Assembly (NCBI GenBank): GCA_020724955.1
Contig: DYFY01000001.1
Location: 2,046-66,045 of the forward strand
Reading direction: 5' to 3'
Length of the DNA: 64,000 nucleotides
From: Candidatus Parvarchaeum sp.
GTDB taxonomy: Archaea > Nanobdellota > Nanobdellia > Pacearchaeales > GW2011-AR1
Shown: positions 28,038-37,815 of the stretch, in pieces
Numbering within the stretch: position 1 is the first letter of the stretch
Layout: each line of letters begins with the position of its first letter
The notes under the pieces: model-generated
What the model was told of the DNA's origin: nothing
Seen by the model: the letters and a program-made list of their open reading frames with translations, nothing else
Database searches by the model: none
Position numbers and translations under genes: made by a program

Positions 28038-29273
28038 ATGGAAAGTTTGAAGAATTCCGACTTGGAGATTTATTCTTATATTTCTGCTGAATTGGAAAGG
28101 CAGAAAAATGTTTTGAACATGATTCCTTCTGAAAATTATGTTTCTTCAGCTGTTATGGAGGCTTGCGGTTCTGTGTTGATGAACAAGTATGCTGAAGGCT
28201 ATCCCTTTAAGAGATATTATCAGGGAAATAAAAATGTTGATGAAGTTGAAAAAACAGCCATTGAAAGGGCTAAAAAACTTTTTGGAGCTGAGCACGCCAA
28301 TGTCCAGCCTCTTTCTGGAAGCCCTGCCAATGCAGCGGTGTTTTTGGCTTTTTTAAATCCCGGTGATAAATTTATGGGTTTGGACTTGGCTTGCGGAGGA
28401 CATCTAACTCACGGAAGCCCTGTTAATTTTTCCGGAAAGATTTATCACAACATTCCTTACGGAGTTGACAAGGAAACCGGGTTGTTGAATATGGATGAGA
28501 TTAGGGAAATTGCATTAAAAGAAAAACCAAAAATGATTATTTCAGGGCTCACAGCTTATCCAAGAAAAATTGATTTCAGGAAATTTCAGGATATTGCAGA
28601 AGAAGTTGGAGCGATACATGTCGCTGACATTTCTCACGTTGCAGGGCTTGTTGCTTCAGGAGTTTATCCGAGTCCGCTGCCCTTTACAGATATTGTTGTC
28701 ACGACAACACATAAAACCCTGCGCGGACCAAGGGGAGGGCTGATTTTATGTAAGGAGAAGTATGCTAAGCAAATAGACAAGGCTGTTTTTCCAGGGATGC
28801 AGGGCGGCCCTCATGAGAATACAATTGCTGCGAAAGCAGTTGCATTTAAAGAAGCAGACTCTGAAGATTTTAAGAGGTATAGCCTGCAGGTTGTGAAGAA
28901 CGCCAAAACGCTTTCTGAAGCTTTGATGAACGAAGGAATAAAATTGGTAAGCGACGGAACTGACAATCATCTAATTCTTATTGATTTAACCTTTTATGGA
29001 GTCGGGCTCGGAAAAGAAATTGCTGAGGCTTTGGAGGAGGCGGGGATTTGTTTAAATGCCAATACAATTCCTTATGATCCTTCAACGCCTTTTAAGCCGT
29101 CAGGACTTCGCTTGGGAACTCCAATTCTGACAACGCGCGGGATGAAAGAAGAAGAGATGAAGCTTATTGGAAAGTGGATTGCGGATGTTATAAAAGAGCA
29201 TAAAAATCCTGAATTGCTTAAGGAAGTCAGGGATAGAGTCAAAGAACTTTGCGGGAAATTTAGGTTTTATTGA
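28038..29273 (+). CDS. glyA: serine hydroxymethyltransferase (bacterial-type)
   Basis: NKYAEGYP, GGHLTHG, TTTHKTLRGPRGG, GTDNHL, SGLRLGTP. Confidence 0.98.
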   Translation: MESLKNSDLEIYSYISAELERQKNVLNMIPSENYVSSAVMEACGSVLMNKYAEGYPFKRYYQGNKNVDEVEKTAIERAKKLFGAEHANVQPLSGSPANAAVFLAFLNPGDKFMGLDLACGGHLTHGSPVNFSGKIYHNIPYGVDKETGLLNMDEIREIALKEKPKMIISGLTAYPRKIDFRKFQDIAEEVGAIHVADISHVAGLVASGVYPSPLPFTDIVVTTTHKTLRGPRGGLILCKEKYAKQIDKAVFPGMQGGPHENTIAAKAVAFKEADSEDFKRYSLQVVKNAKTLSEALMNEGIKLVSDGTDNHLILIDLTFYGVGLGKEIAEALEEAGICLNANTIPYDPSTPFKPSGLRLGTPILTTRGMKEEEMKLIGKWIADVIKEHKNPELLKEVRDRVKELCGKFRFY

Positions 29274-29404
29274 CAGGGAATTTAAATTAGTTACCGCTAA
29301 AAACTGGAAAAAATGACTTTTTTTGCTTCTTTTTCATTAATAAGAAAATTGCGAATAGGTTTTTTATAGAGAAGAGAAAAGAAACAGAAAACTTAATAAT
29401 GTTA

Positions 29405-29593
29405 TTAAACGACAATTCCATTCAGATGGTCTGTCAAGTCTCTCATATCGTTTGGCTTTCCTTGCAACCCTTCTCCTTTCTTTTCTCCATAATACATTCT
29501 ATCCATTTCTACGAAGAAGTCGTTTACCCTTCGCGCAGTTTCTTGATAATTATCTAATCCTTTTCTTTTATCTTCCCAAAGGACTCCAATCAT
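29405..29593 (-). CDS. small protein paralogous to C-terminus of 29908-30306
   Basis: KGLDNY..NDFFVEMDRMYY..LQGKPNDMRDLTDHLN aligns with RGVDNY..NQFYFNMDNKYY..LEGKPKAMKQLALYLN. Confidence 0.7.
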   Translation of the reverse strand: MIGVLWEDKRKGLDNYQETARRVNDFFVEMDRMYYGEKKGEGLQGKPNDMRDLTDHLNGIVV

Positions 29594-29906
29594 TTGGCTT
29601 TATCCCATAATACTCTTGATCAGCTGAACCTATCAAAGACGCTCCTATACAAAATACTAAACCACTTGCTAAACCACTTAAAGTGTATATTATTATTGGT
29701 CTTTCTAAGGTCCTTCCACTGTAAGAAGAAGTGGGCTTCGCCTGTTGTTTTTCATATCGTTCAGGAGAGCCGGAATTACAACAAATGATAGCAGAGCCGC
29801 CAGATACTAACATTCCAAGACCTCCCATAAGTAATAAAAGAAAACCTAATCCACTTTTGTTTCTTATAGCTTCAGCCCTATCTGGCGAAATTTTGCTCTC
29901 AAGCAT
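29568..29906 (-). CDS. hypothetical 2-TM protein
   Basis: Two hydrophobic helices; abuts both neighbours. Confidence 0.6.
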   Translation of the reverse strand: MLESKISPDRAEAIRNKSGLGFLLLLMGGLGMLVSGGSAIICCNSGSPERYEKQQAKPTSSYSGRTLERPIIIYTLSGLASGLVFCIGASLIGSADQEYYGIKPNDWSPLGR

Positions 29907-29907
29907 T

Positions 29908-30306
29908 TTATCTCATCCTCCCAATTTCATTTAAATAAAGAGCTAATTGTTTCATTGCCTTCGGTTTGCCTTCTAACTCTGAATAATATTTGTTGTCCAT
30001 ATTGAAATAGAACTGATTCAAAAACTGAATAATTCGCTTATAATTATCAACTCCCCTTTTCTGGATAAATTTGTAATATGCCTGTACATATTTAGCAAGC
30101 GTTTCCGTTAATTCTCTTACGTCTTCATCTTTTATATTGTGTGTTTCTCTAAGAAAATTCTCCATATCTTCTAATTCTTTGTTTATTGTTTGTTCAGTTG
30201 TTTGTTTCTTCTTTTCAGAACGTTCTAAAATTCCATGTTCCACTAAACCCTTATGGAACTTTTCTATTCCTTCTAACATTTCCTGATTGAATCCGCAATA
30301 GGGCAT
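29908..30306 (-). CDS. hypothetical helical protein
   Basis: 132 aa starting MPYCGFNQEM; divergent from TrmB regulator. Confidence 0.75.
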   Translation of the reverse strand: MPYCGFNQEMLEGIEKFHKGLVEHGILERSEKKKQTTEQTINKELEDMENFLRETHNIKDEDVRELTETLAKYVQAYYKFIQKRGVDNYKRIIQFLNQFYFNMDNKYYSELEGKPKAMKQLALYLNEIGRMR

Positions 30307-30414
30307 TTTTCGTTTCTTCTTAATTTCTTGTAAGAAAAGAATTTATATTATTTATCTCCCCTGTACAGAAGGTATAATAGAAAAGGTTTTATAGTGTTTA
30401 TTTTTCTATTTTAT

Positions 30415-31161
30415 ATGGCTAATAATGAGATGTTTAATTTATTGAAGATTGGATTAACAGAGGGAGAAGCGAAAGTATATTTAGCTCTAAGCGAGTTAGG
30501 AAGCTCGACAGTTGGACCTATAGTAAAAAAATCAAAAGTTGCTTACTCAAATATCTATGATATTTTAAACCGCTTAATAGAAAAGGGAATTGTGAGCTTT
30601 ATCATAAAGAACAAAACTAAATATTTTCAGGCAGCATCTCCTTCCAACCTTATTCAGTATCTTGATAAAAAGCAAGAAGAAATAATCCAAGAAAAAGAAG
30701 CATTAGAAAAGATTCTTCCGGAATTGGAAAAGTTGCAGGAGGCAAAATCTAAACAAGAAGCAGAAGTTTTTGTAGGAAAAAAAGGATTAAGAACCGCTTA
30801 CGAAAAATTGGTTCATAACATATCAAAAGATGATGAAGTACTATTTTTTTATATTCATAATGAAAGATATGCAGATGAGTCTAATTTATTTTATAATAGT
30901 ATTATAGAGCTCAATAAAAAAGCAAAAAATAGAGGAATTTGTAACAAAGAGTATAAAACTTCTTGGTTTGCTAAGAAACCAAATTATCTAACGATGAAAT
31001 TTACAGATTCTCCTCTTCCAGGAAATATTGATATTGTCAGAGATAAGGTATTGTTTACTTGTTGGGGAGAGAGTATCTTTTCGGTATTAATTCATTCCAA
31101 ATCTCTTGCAGAAAGTTTGAGAAATTATTTTAACGAAATGTGGAAAATCGCTAAAAAATAG
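30415..31161 (+). CDS. TrmB-family transcriptional regulator
   Basis: IGLTEGEAKVYLAL..IYDILNRLIEKG wHTH; FNEMWK C-terminus. Confidence 0.92.
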   Translation: MANNEMFNLLKIGLTEGEAKVYLALSELGSSTVGPIVKKSKVAYSNIYDILNRLIEKGIVSFIIKNKTKYFQAASPSNLIQYLDKKQEEIIQEKEALEKILPELEKLQEAKSKQEAEVFVGKKGLRTAYEKLVHNISKDDEVLFFYIHNERYADESNLFYNSIIELNKKAKNRGICNKEYKTSWFAKKPNYLTMKFTDSPLPGNIDIVRDKVLFTCWGESIFSVLIHSKSLAESLRNYFNEMWKIAKK

Positions 31162-31248
31162 ATATCTGTTCAAAAAGAAACAGTATAAGAGAACTATTTG
31201 GAAAATTTAAAACTAAAAAGACTGTTATTCAAAAAGAAGATAATTTAG

Positions 31249-32334
31249 CTAATGCTGAGTTTGTGAAGTTAGTTGATTATTTACATGTTTCTCAATTTCT
31301 TTTATCAAGTCAACATATCCATTTATCATATTAAATTTTTCTGCATCCTTGAATCTTAATATTTCCAGCTTTCCGTCTTCTGCTTTTAAGCCCTCAAGTT
31401 TTGGCATGGGAGCTATATATACAAATGTTTCGTAATTGCAACCTGCTTGTTTTGAGTAGTGAGTCCATTTTTTGAATAGCTTATGCCCTTCTAACTCTAT
31501 TCCTAACTCTTCTTTTATCTCTCTTTTCAATGCTTGTTCAGGAGTTTCGTTGTCTTCAACATGTCCGCCAAAAAAATGATACTCTTCCCCCCATTTACTA
31601 ATTCCTTTTCTGTTTTGCAAGAGTATGTTCCCATTGGAGTCATAGAAAAGAATGTTTGCTGCCTGTAGCGTTTTTAGCTTTTCTGTTTCTTCATCAAAAA
31701 TCCCTTTAATCTCCTGAAAAACTTCTTCAGGAGAGCGCTCGCCGTTTATTATGAATATTTTTTCTCCTTTTTGTTTCTGAATTTCTGCAGCTTTCAGGTA
31801 GTTTTCTCTCAGCTTACTGATAAAGTCCAAGTGAGCTTCGAACTTGTGCTCTTTTCCCCTAATTTCTATTGAATCTTTTTTCATCCGCTCCATCGCTTTT
31901 TCAGGAGAAATATCTATTATGAAAGTAATTTCTGGGATCGGCAGATCGTTCTGTTTTTTTATCAGGTTTTCCATTGGAATTCCCTGAGCTGATTGATAAG
32001 CTATTGTGGAGAATTTATATCTGTCTGTTACCACGAAATGACCTTTTTCTAAGTTTGGCAGGATAAGCTCTTCGACCTGTTTTCTTCTGTCGTTTATAAA
32101 GAGCTCTGCAAGTTTGTCCGCCTGAGAAAGAGGATCGGAATCCTGTGTCAATATTGCTCTGATATTTGTATCCTTATAGGGATTTCTTGTCAGGACTATG
32201 TGGTGATGTTTGTCCTTTTCGAAAATATATTGGACAAGTTTTTTTATCTGCGTGCTTTTCCCGCAGCCGTCTATGCCTTCAAATGCTATGAAGATTCCAG
32301 TTCGGAAAGGTTTATTATTTGATGATAATGTCAT
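31249..32334 (-). CDS. tmk: thymidylate kinase fused to C-terminal NUDIX hydrolase
   Basis: FEGIDGCGKST, DRYKFSTIAYQ; then GGHVEDNETPEQALKREIKEELG Nudix box; SD GAGGAG before ATG 32334. Confidence 0.92.
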   Translation of the reverse strand: MTLSSNNKPFRTGIFIAFEGIDGCGKSTQIKKLVQYIFEKDKHHHIVLTRNPYKDTNIRAILTQDSDPLSQADKLAELFINDRRKQVEELILPNLEKGHFVVTDRYKFSTIAYQSAQGIPMENLIKKQNDLPIPEITFIIDISPEKAMERMKKDSIEIRGKEHKFEAHLDFISKLRENYLKAAEIQKQKGEKIFIINGERSPEEVFQEIKGIFDEETEKLKTLQAANILFYDSNGNILLQNRKGISKWGEEYHFFGGHVEDNETPEQALKREIKEELGIELEGHKLFKKWTHYSKQAGCNYETFVYIAPMPKLEGLKAEDGKLEILRFKDAEKFNMINGYVDLIKEIEKHVNNQLTSQTQH

Positions 32335-33658
32335 GTTCTCCTCTTTTAGTATCAAATCTGTCGGGCTCTAAGTCAAAGTTTACCGGAATGCTCAATTCTT
32401 TTTCTATATACTCTCCAATTTTCTTTGCAATTCTTCTTAGTGTTGGATGGACAAATCTTGTGGATCTTAATTCAGCTACATAAATCATTGAAGGCAAATC
32501 CCCCACTACGAAGTTTGAAGTATTGTAACCCATTGGGATATAGTATTGTTTGATCTCGGGCTGAATATTCAATTCTTTTAGTTTTGCTTCCAAAATTCTT
32601 AGAAACTCTCTGGCTTCTCTTTTGGTGTTTTCTGAGAGATTGTCTAAATACCATTCATTGAAACCTATTTGAGTAGTTAATAATGGCATTCTTTGGTCAA
32701 TTCCTCTGTGTCTTTGAATGTCTCTAAACGAGCCAAAATCTAGCTTAAATTTGGAAGATATTCTTCCAATATGACTGAGAAATTTCGGGAGTTCTGTTTT
32801 TGCCGGGCGCTGTTGCAGCAACTCAAGATATTCTTTTAATAGGTTTTTGTTGATATCTGAGTTTATCTGAAAATCTGGACATTTTGGATCATGGTAGAAA
32901 TAATTTTTTGCAATAAGTTCTTGGTAATTTTCAGTATCGGAGTATCTTTTTTTTGTAAATGAGCTGGGGTGCGCTTCTATAACTGCGTCTTCTATTGCTT
33001 CTGCAATATTTCTTACTTCTTTTAGCGGATGATGCCTAAGAAAAAGCAATTTATCGGCAACTTGTCTTAAGTTTGAATGCCAGGCTAGTTTTGTAGATGC
33101 TCCGGCAGGAAGAAACCCTCTGGCGATGTCAAATGCTCTTGCGTTAATTGCTTTTTCGTATATGTTGTCTTTTTCTCCCTCTGGCTTTGGGTTTTGTTCT
33201 TTTAAGTAGACTTTTATAGGCTCTAGGATTTTTAGATAGAATTTTCTTTGGGATTCTAAAATTTCATTCCCTTTTTGAGAGCCCAATGGGTTGATAAATG
33301 GCTGATTTGAGAAGTCAATGTACCTTGTAGATGCCTCTTGTCCGCTGTATAGCTTATTGTCCTGAATTGCTTTTGCGGCAAGCATGGAGACTCCCTCTAT
33401 AAAAATTGTTGTGCTTCCGCAGTCTCCAATAGACTTATGCCCATATCCTACGTAAAATTTTTCCATAAAATTGGCGGAGCCTTTTTCTTCAAGAACTTCC
33501 AGGTGATTCTTAAGCCCTCCAAGTGACCTTGAATGAAGCGCTTGTAGCATCGCTTCTGATTCGCTGGTGATTGTTGCACCGGTGTCTAACACATAGACTT
33601 CTCCTCCTCCAGAAATTTTTCTATGCACATGCCTTAGAGATTTTGTTCCTGAGATCAT
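32315..33658 (-). CDS. thyX: FAD-dependent thymidylate synthase (long tandem-domain type)
   Basis: YGHKSIGD, EASTRYIDF, ARGFLP, FRDIQRHR motifs. Confidence 0.88.
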   Translation of the reverse strand: MISGTKSLRHVHRKISGGGEVYVLDTGATITSESEAMLQALHSRSLGGLKNHLEVLEEKGSANFMEKFYVGYGHKSIGDCGSTTIFIEGVSMLAAKAIQDNKLYSGQEASTRYIDFSNQPFINPLGSQKGNEILESQRKFYLKILEPIKVYLKEQNPKPEGEKDNIYEKAINARAFDIARGFLPAGASTKLAWHSNLRQVADKLLFLRHHPLKEVRNIAEAIEDAVIEAHPSSFTKKRYSDTENYQELIAKNYFYHDPKCPDFQINSDINKNLLKEYLELLQQRPAKTELPKFLSHIGRISSKFKLDFGSFRDIQRHRGIDQRMPLLTTQIGFNEWYLDNLSENTKREAREFLRILEAKLKELNIQPEIKQYYIPMGYNTSNFVVGDLPSMIYVAELRSTRFVHPTLRRIAKKIGEYIEKELSIPVNFDLEPDRFDTKRGEHDIIIK

Positions 33659-34101
33659 TTTAATTCTAATTTTGATTTTAACATATCCTTTATTTTCGGT
33701 TCTGGTTTCCAGTAGTTAGGGCCCTTTGTGACTTTTCCTCTTTCGTCATAAATTGGTTTTCCATCCGCTCCCATCTTGCTGAAATTACTCTGCATTATTA
33801 TCTTCAGAACTTCCTCTAGATCTATGCCATATTTTAGAGCTTCGCTTCTTACATATACTACTATATCTCCAAAAACGTCTGAGATTGCTGTTAATATTTC
33901 CAGCTTTTCCTCTTCACTCATCTCTGAGTTTTTTATATTTTCATATTTTTTTATTATCTCATCCATCTCCTGTATCTCTTCTGTTAAAATTTTCTTGAAA
34001 TTTTTTAATCTATCAACTCCTAAGTCAGTGGGTTTATCATTTATGGGAAGACCATATAATTTATTCATTTCAATTATGGAATCTTTAAACTCTTTATTCA
34101 T
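33655..34101 (-). CDS. MazG-like all-alpha NTP pyrophosphohydrolase (DR2231-type dUTPase)
   Basis: EEIQE..DVFGDIVVY, SNFSKMGADGKPIYDERGKVTKGPNYWKP. Confidence 0.85.
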   Translation of the reverse strand: MNKEFKDSIIEMNKLYGLPINDKPTDLGVDRLKNFKKILTEEIQEMDEIIKKYENIKNSEMSEEEKLEILTAISDVFGDIVVYVRSEALKYGIDLEEVLKIIMQSNFSKMGADGKPIYDERGKVTKGPNYWKPEPKIKDMLKSKLELK

Positions 34102-34141
34102 TGTTTTTTTATAAACTGAGTTTATATAAAGATTATTGTCT

Positions 34142-35092
34142 TTATACTTGTTCAATGAAGCTGAATGGTACGAACAGATTCTTTTGGTAGGCTCTTTCGC
34201 ATCTCAAAGTCATTAGTTTGGTATCAGGAGTCCTAAATTCTTCTTCTTTCATTCTTGCTATGTCGTTTATGTTTAACCAAACTATTTCAGAAGTTTCATC
34301 TTTTACATTATCTGGAACTTCTTTTATTTTTTCATCTATCAAGGACGCCGAAGCTATATTGACGGCAAAAGGAGCCTTCTGATTTGGATACATTCCGACA
34401 TAATTTACAGCTATTCCTACTAATCCAAGAGGATGAGATATCATTTTTCCACCGCTTTCTTGCAGCCTTTCTCTTGAAATTCCAGCTTCAATAGTCTCCC
34501 CCTCTTCAATTTTCCCTCCGAAAAAGCTTAATAAATTATTATATCTTTGACATCTCATAAATGCATACTCAACGTTTCCACTTCTTTCGTATCTTAGAAT
34601 CTCGCTTCCGACTAAGAAATCTGTTCTTCCCCATTGTCCAGGAATTTGAGCTGTCCTGTATCCGCTGGGAACTTCAGTAACCTGAATGAAATCTAGGGGC
34701 ACTATATGCCTACTAAATATTTTAGAGATTAGCGTATAAACATCAGGAGTCCTAAATTCTTCTTTTCTCGCCAGAGCTTCTGCTGGACTTATCTGTATTA
34801 TGTTTCTCCGGGATGGAAAACTTGTTATGACTCCTGTAGAACCTATATTAACTACATTTTTCCCTGAAGGGGTTTTATGATGGGTTATTCGTGTTATGTG
34901 GTATGGTTCTATCTCTATTCCATTTTCTTCTCTAACTCTTTGTTGAAGACCTTCTTGATACCCCTTTTCCCAAGGAATGTGTCCTCCCAAAAGAGAAAGT
35001 TTTCCATCTGCTTCTTTTAATGTTATAAGCCCATTTTGATATGGAACTATGGTACATACACTTGTTGAAATCGTCGATGTATCTGAACTCAT
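34142..35092 (-). CDS. tandem NUDIX-domain protein (divergent)
   Basis: Two Nudix-like boxes (GGHIPW..VREENG; GGKIEEGET..RERLQESG) and repeated EEFRTPD. Confidence 0.75.
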   Translation of the reverse strand: MSSDTSTISTSVCTIVPYQNGLITLKEADGKLSLLGGHIPWEKGYQEGLQQRVREENGIEIEPYHITRITHHKTPSGKNVVNIGSTGVITSFPSRRNIIQISPAEALARKEEFRTPDVYTLISKIFSRHIVPLDFIQVTEVPSGYRTAQIPGQWGRTDFLVGSEILRYERSGNVEYAFMRCQRYNNLLSFFGGKIEEGETIEAGISRERLQESGGKMISHPLGLVGIAVNYVGMYPNQKAPFAVNIASASLIDEKIKEVPDNVKDETSEIVWLNINDIARMKEEEFRTPDTKLMTLRCERAYQKNLFVPFSFIEQV

Positions 35093-35135
35093 TATAATTC
35101 AGCTAGAAACTAGTTTAAAAGGGTTTTCTTTGAAT

Positions 35136-35444
35136 TCAATCTTTCATCTCAATTTTAATCTGGACGCTTCTTGGGATTTTAAGCATCATTATAGGATGGA
35201 GAATTCTATCTTCTGCCGGTAGGTCGATTATCCTTTTATGGACTCGCATTTCAAATCTGTCAAAAGTGGCTGTTCCGTCTCCACAGGGGGATTTTCTTGT
35301 TGTAACTTTCATGCGTCTTGTTGGAAGAGGTATTGGCCCGCGCATAGCTACTCCTGCCCTGCCGGAAATTTCTCTAATCATCTCTATTATTGCATTCAAT
35401 GCAGAGATGTCAACACTGCTAAGCTTGATTCTTACCTTTCCCAT
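35136..35444 (-). CDS. rpsJ: 30S ribosomal protein S10 (uS10)
   Basis: GPIPLPT..RKSPCGDGTATFDRFEMRVHKRIID. Confidence 0.98.
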   Translation of the reverse strand: MGKVRIKLSSVDISALNAIIEMIREISGRAGVAMRGPIPLPTRRMKVTTRKSPCGDGTATFDRFEMRVHKRIIDLPAEDRILHPIMMLKIPRSVQIKIEMKD

Positions 35445-35495
35445 AGGGTTGATAGAAAAAGGCGGTTTTTAAATGTTTTTGGCTTTTTTTTGATT

Positions 35496-35560
35496 TTAGG
35501 CGAGCCCTGCTCGCCGCGTGAACAGGGCTCTTCCATCACAGCCAAGTGTGATGAACATTA
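35496..35560 (-). ncRNA. candidate structured small RNA (two GC-rich hairpins) or 20-aa sORF
   Basis: CATCACA/TGTGATG and GAGCCCTG/CAGGGCTC stems in AT-rich context, between two TATA-like boxes. Confidence 0.4.
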
Positions 35561-35601
35561 TTTATGTATTTGGAGCGCAAACTGATTTTTTAAATGTTGT
35601 T

Positions 35602-36012
35602 TTAACAGCTTCGTGTTGGAGTGTTACATTGGTTTAGACAATCTTTAAATTCACAATTTAGGGCTGGATCGCGAATTCTGAAAGTGCCATCCGGACAATG
35701 TTTTACGTCTGTGCCGCAGTCTTTTTGATTTGATTCTGAGCAGGAAAATATACAGCTTGAGTCAAGCCTGGCCACGTAATACCACTCTCCTTTTTTGCAA
35801 GGATATTCACTTTCTTCTAATTTGTGTCTTGCTTTGCAGCAGGCTGTTTGCTCTTCTGCTGATAAGGATCCGCATGCTATCTCGTCGGTTGCACCCTCTG
35901 TGTATTTTTTATCTTCATTTTGATTATTGTTTAAAGGCAGATATGTGTAGATTAACAAAGTTATCATACCTAGAATTAAAATGATAAAAACAACTATAAT
36001 AATTTTGCCCAT
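35602..36012 (-). CDS. membrane-anchored Cys-rich extracellular protein
   Basis: N-terminal TM, 12 Cys, CGTDVKHCPDG..NCEFKDC motif. Confidence 0.75.
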   Translation of the reverse strand: MGKIIIVVFIILILGMITLLIYTYLPLNNNQNEDKKYTEGATDEIACGSLSAEEQTACCKARHKLEESEYPCKKGEWYYVARLDSSCIFSCSESNQKDCGTDVKHCPDGTFRIRDPALNCEFKDCLNQCNTPTRSC

Positions 36013-36111
36013 TCAAAATTTAAATTATTGAATTATATAACTTTTTGGAATCTGAAAAAGACAAGGTATTTAAAATTGTTTTTCCAATATTTTTTTGGGA
36101 GAAGAGGTGAA

Positions 36112-37815
36112 ATGGAGTTGATTTTACAGCTAGGGCTTGTGGTTGGGATTGCGGCAGTTTTGACTTTGCTGGCTAAACTTATCAAACAGCCTCCTCTGAT
36201 TGCTTTTCTTGTTACAGGGATTATTGCAGGACCTTTATTTCTCGGAATTTTAGAAACAGGTGAAATATTTGAATCATTTTCACACATTGCAGTTGCTTTT
36301 TTGCTGTTTATTGTTGGCATAAGCCTTGATTTCAGGATTCTGAAAAATTTTGCCAAAGTTTCTCTGGTTGTTGGAATTGGACAAATTATTATCACCGGGA
36401 TTTTGGGATTTTTTATCGGAGCTTGGCTTGGCTTTAGCTTAATACACAGCGTTTATATCGCTGCTGCTCTGGCTTTTTCTTCAACATTTATTGTTGTAAA
36501 GCTGATAAGCGACAAAAGGGAGCTTGAGAGCCTGCATGGAAAAATAGCTCTTGGAATTTTAATTGTCCAGGATTTTATAGCTGCATTGATTTTGACCATT
36601 GTTCCTGTGTTAAGCCTTCAGGAGTTTGGCAGCGCGTTGATTTTAAGCCAGCTGGCTAAAGTCGCTTTATTGATTTTTGTTGTATTTTTATTTTCGTATT
36701 TTGTTATTCATGGGATTTTTTCAATTGCCTCCAGAAATGAAGACGTGCTCTTTTTGTTTGGGATTGGATGGGCTCTGCTGATTTCTTTATTATTTAAGTA
36801 CCTTGGATTTTCCTTGGAAATTGGAGCTTTGGTGGCTGGAATGTCTTTAGCTTCTTCTAAATACAGCCTGATGATTAGCAGCAAAACCAAGGGATTAAGG
36901 GACTTCTTTGTTTTGTTATTCTTTGTTTTTTTTGGCAGTTTTTTGGCCGGACCTTTTGATGCAAAATTGATAATTTCAGCCGCTGTATTTTCTGCTTTGG
37001 TTCTGGCGGGAAATCCGCTGATAATAATGGCCTTGATGAAAGGGCTTGGATATAAAAAACGCGTGAATTTCCTGACAGGGATTTCTCTTGCTCAGATAAG
37101 TGAATTTTCTTTAGTGCTGATATTGCTTGGTTTTACGGCAGGATTGGTAAGCCAGCAGGTGCTTTCTTTGATTATTCTAGTTGCATTGATTACTTTTGCA
37201 CTAAGCAGTTATGGAATTTTCTATTCCCATTCTCTTTACAGAATTTTATCTCCTGTTCTCGGAATTTTCGATTCTTCCGGGCCTGAAAGAAGAATACATA
37301 AGGACAGGGAGTATCACACAATTTTGTTTGGGTATAACAGGATAGGGTACAACCTTCTGGAAGCCCTGGACAAAAGCAAAAAAGATTATCTTGTTGTCGA
37401 TTATAATCCTGATACAATCAACAAATTGCAGAAAGAAGGAGTTCCATGCATTTATGGGGATGCCCAAGACCACGAATTTCTGAAAGAGCTTAACCTAAAG
37501 GAAAAGAAAATGGTTATTTCCACAATTCCTGATCTGGACATTAATCTTGTTATTTTAAGGCAGGTTGATCTAAGGAATACTGCTTTTATTGCAACAGCTC
37601 ATTTCATTGAGGATGCGAAGAAACTTTATGATTCTGGGGCGGATTATGTGATAATGCCTCATTTTCTTGGGGGCGAACAGGCAGGACATATGTTAGTGAA
37701 AGCGGAGTTTGACAAGAAAAAAATAGCTCCTATCGGAGACAGACACTTAAAGGATTTGGCAAAAAGGACTAAGGCGGGACACAGGCATCCAACTTCGGAT
37801 TATCATGGAGATTGA
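36112..37815 (+). CDS. Kef-type cation:proton antiporter with TrkA-N domain
   Basis: GILIVQD, LAQISEFS, FGYNRIG, YGDA; SD GAGGTGA before ATG 36112. Confidence 0.92.
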   Translation: MELILQLGLVVGIAAVLTLLAKLIKQPPLIAFLVTGIIAGPLFLGILETGEIFESFSHIAVAFLLFIVGISLDFRILKNFAKVSLVVGIGQIIITGILGFFIGAWLGFSLIHSVYIAAALAFSSTFIVVKLISDKRELESLHGKIALGILIVQDFIAALILTIVPVLSLQEFGSALILSQLAKVALLIFVVFLFSYFVIHGIFSIASRNEDVLFLFGIGWALLISLLFKYLGFSLEIGALVAGMSLASSKYSLMISSKTKGLRDFFVLLFFVFFGSFLAGPFDAKLIISAAVFSALVLAGNPLIIMALMKGLGYKKRVNFLTGISLAQISEFSLVLILLGFTAGLVSQQVLSLIILVALITFALSSYGIFYSHSLYRILSPVLGIFDSSGPERRIHKDREYHTILFGYNRIGYNLLEALDKSKKDYLVVDYNPDTINKLQKEGVPCIYGDAQDHEFLKELNLKEKKMVISTIPDLDINLVILRQVDLRNTAFIATAHFIEDAKKLYDSGADYVIMPHFLGGEQAGHMLVKAEFDKKKIAPIGDRHLKDLAKRTKAGHRHPTSDYHGD

